Source of the DNA: a virus
DNA: 6,057 bases
IMG/VR virus record: IMGVR_UViG_3300020041_000051
Span: 1 to 6,057 of that record
Direction: 5' to 3' (one strand)
Of the stretch, positions 4,395 through 6,057 are shown one piece after another. The notes under the pieces are model-generated. The model saw only the letters and a program-made list of their open reading frames with translations. It ran no database searches and was not told the DNA's origin. Made by a program: the position numbers and the translations under genes. The stretch's first letter is position 1, and every line of letters starts with the position of its first letter.

Positions 4395-6057
4395 TTAACG
4401 ATTAGACAAACGGGTCGCAAAGGTTTTATTAACGAGGCTCTTCTTCTGAACAGAATACGAAAGGTTAATAAAGAAGTTATCTTCACGCTTAGAGGCAAAC
4501 GGAGAGTTTACCTGATCAATATCCACAAACAGAAGGGAGTAATACTGGTTATAACTCGCCGACAAAACACGCTGTTGAACCCAATAAGAATAAAGAGGTA
4601 AACTGTCAGCGCCACCTTGGAATCGAGAAAGTTGACCAAGAACCTCATCATACGAAGACCGAAACTCATTAAAACACGGTTCATAGGCCACGGCTTCCGA
4701 GGCCGAGGTTGTTCCGAAGCCGAATTGGAACCCAGGAACATCTTGATATCCAATATCATTATAGATCGGATTAAAATAATCAGCACCAGTGTAATGGAGA
4801 TGGTCAGGGTAGACACCAGCCCAATAGTAGACAGGGCGAATACTCAACATATCAATCATGTAGCCAGGCTCGCGGAAGTAATAAGACTGACGACGACCGA
4901 GGCGTTCGTTAAAAGCGATAGCACCGCCCTGTTGACCAAGAGCCGGGAAACCTGCGGAGTTTTGAAAATTACCGTTGCCAGCTTGATTCATAACCACCTG
5001 AACGTTAACCGTCTGCGAGGCGGAAAACAAGAGTTTAGGCCGATCGACATGTTCAATTTTTGAAGCAAAAAAGGTTTCCAACCAGTCGCTATAACGAGAA
5101 CCGCCAGCGCCAAGCAAATCTTTGTATTCCTGAAGCCGCGAAGCAATAGCCAACTGCGGTATGGTTGAGACGCCGGACATAGAAACGCCTTCGGAGCTAC
5201 CAACAGGGAGCAATCGACTATAGCGATCAGGATTCGAAGGTATAACGGCCATCGGATGGGCGACAAGAAACGATCCAAGCGCAGTGACGGTTGTAGTGCC
5301 AGCGTCAATAGAAAATTGATTTTTAGGACCCGCAGTAGACAGCGAAGTACTTCCGGGATAGATAGAAGAGACGGGGTAGCCATCCCTGGAGGCGGTAATC
5401 GTAGCGCCAAGATCCGAAAGCAATATTTGAGAAAAAAGATTTCCTCTATTATATGTATTATTCGACGACGACACGGCTGAAGGGTAGAACTGACTCTCAA
5501 AATAAGCATCGAGGAACTCGAGATTTCCGAATCTTTGTGAGAAAAACGTCGACTCTTCACTGAACTGAAGAACATTATAAATAGTACCAGTACTATTGGG
5601 GATAAAATACCAGCTACTGGGCCAGGCAAAAGAGTAGAGTCCCCATTGGGAGTAACCGTAGTAATTACGGACGATATCCCAATAAGCAAGATAAGAATCA
5701 GCATTACACCAACCTAAAGGATATCCTAATTGAGCAGTTGAAAGGTTAGCCGACATAGGAACGTTGCTAGAAGTTGGCGTCGGGATAGAAGCAGGAATAA
5801 CGCGCAACCAACGAAGCAGTGAATTAGAATAGGGGTAGTTGTTGTGGGTGAATTCATAGGACCCAGTCGACGAAGCGGCAATGAAATTCAAACTCAAATT
5901 GTTCATATCAAACTTACTACTATTCGTCCTCAATTCGGGGTGGTACAACTGGAGAGGCACCCAAAAACGATGTAAACGAACGGTGAAAGGATTAAACGTC
6001 GGAACAGCAAGAGGATTACTACGAACATCAATGCCCTGCTCAATAGAGACACGGTCA
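4395..6057 (-). CDS. VP1: Major capsid protein VP1/F, main portion (runs off the window edge; the 5' end is at 249..1 via the circular junction)
   Basis: The reading frame is open from 6057 down to the TAA at 4395..4397. The sequence is Y/S/N/G/F-rich, as in Microviridae F-type jelly-roll capsid proteins. The N-terminal block LHRFWVPLQLYHPE corresponds to the conserved (F/Y)(F/Y)VP.R..W-type strand of the family. The full protein is 596 aa, and 5937..6057 duplicates 1..121. Confidence 0.9.
   Translation of the reverse strand, partial: DRVSIEQGIDVRSNPLAVPTFNPFTVRLHRFWVPLQLYHPELRTNSSKFDMNNLSLNFIAASSTGSYEFTHNNYPYSNSLLRWLRVIPASIPTPTSSNVPMSANLSTAQLGYPLGWCNADSYLAYWDIVRNYYGYSQWGLYSFAWPSSWYFIPNSTGTIYNVLQFSEESTFFSQRFGNLEFLDAYFESQFYPSAVSSSNNTYNRGNLFSQILLSDLGATITASRDGYPVSSIYPGSTSLSTAGPKNQFSIDAGTTTVTALGSFLVAHPMAVIPSNPDRYSRLLPVGSSEGVSMSGVSTIPQLAIASRLQEYKDLLGAGGSRYSDWLETFFASKIEHVDRPKLLFSASQTVNVQVVMNQAGNGNFQNSAGFPALGQQGGAIAFNERLGRRQSYYFREPGYMIDMLSIRPVYYWAGVYPDHLHYTGADYFNPIYNDIGYQDVPGFQFGFGTTSASEAVAYEPCFNEFRSSYDEVLGQLSRFQGGADSLPLYSYWVQQRVLSASYNQYYSLLFVDIDQVNSPFASKREDNFFINLSYSVQKKSLVNKTFATRLSNR
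5937..6057. repeat. Terminal redundancy, right copy (identical to 1..121)
   Basis: Exact 121-nt identity with the window start. Confidence 0.95.

Noticed and set aside
688-5480. Plus-strand ORFs from the track (688..996, 1886..2080, 2850..3170, 3171..3377, 3208..3486, 3739..3966, 4617..5063, 5256..5480)
   Set aside because: All lie antisense to well-supported minus-strand genes. Their low-complexity compositions mirror the opposite strand; for example, the P/E/A-rich 3208..3486 is the complement of the VP2 Gly/Ser linker. Microviridae transcribe only one strand.

Overview
The window is a complete, circularly permuted Microviridae (small ssDNA phage) genome. Positions 1..121 are identical to 5937..6057, so the unit genome is 5,936 nt and the extra 121 nt is an end overlap. 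All credible genes are on the minus strand, so the window is the reverse complement of the coding (packaged) strand. In coding-strand order the genes are: major capsid protein VP1/F (596 aa, starts at 249, wraps through the junction, ends at 4395); a 98-aa acidic ORF; a 63-aa predicted lipoprotein; VP2 minor capsid/DNA-pilot protein (426 aa); a 106-aa basic ORF; a 107-aa acidic ORF; a 218-nt structured GC-rich intergenic region; a 66-aa basic ORF; and the VP4 rolling-circle Rep (356 aa). The 66-aa ORF overlaps the Rep start in a TAATG junction. The Rep stop lies 3 nt before the capsid ATG. Genome size, capsid size and the absence of Shine-Dalgarno motifs fit a non-phiX, Alpavirinae-like microvirus of a Bacteroidota-type host. 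Subfamily and host are inference and need phylogeny. Only three genes (VP1, VP2, VP4) are recognisable by eye; the five small ORFs are ORFans. Points worth follow-up are the small lipoprotein (candidate lysis or exclusion factor), the long hairpin region (candidate origin), a perfect 16-bp AT palindrome at the Rep/capsid junction, a terminator-like structure after the capsid module, and a genome-wide lack of stops in the +1 frame. No tRNA, rRNA, CRISPR array, IS element or integrase was seen.
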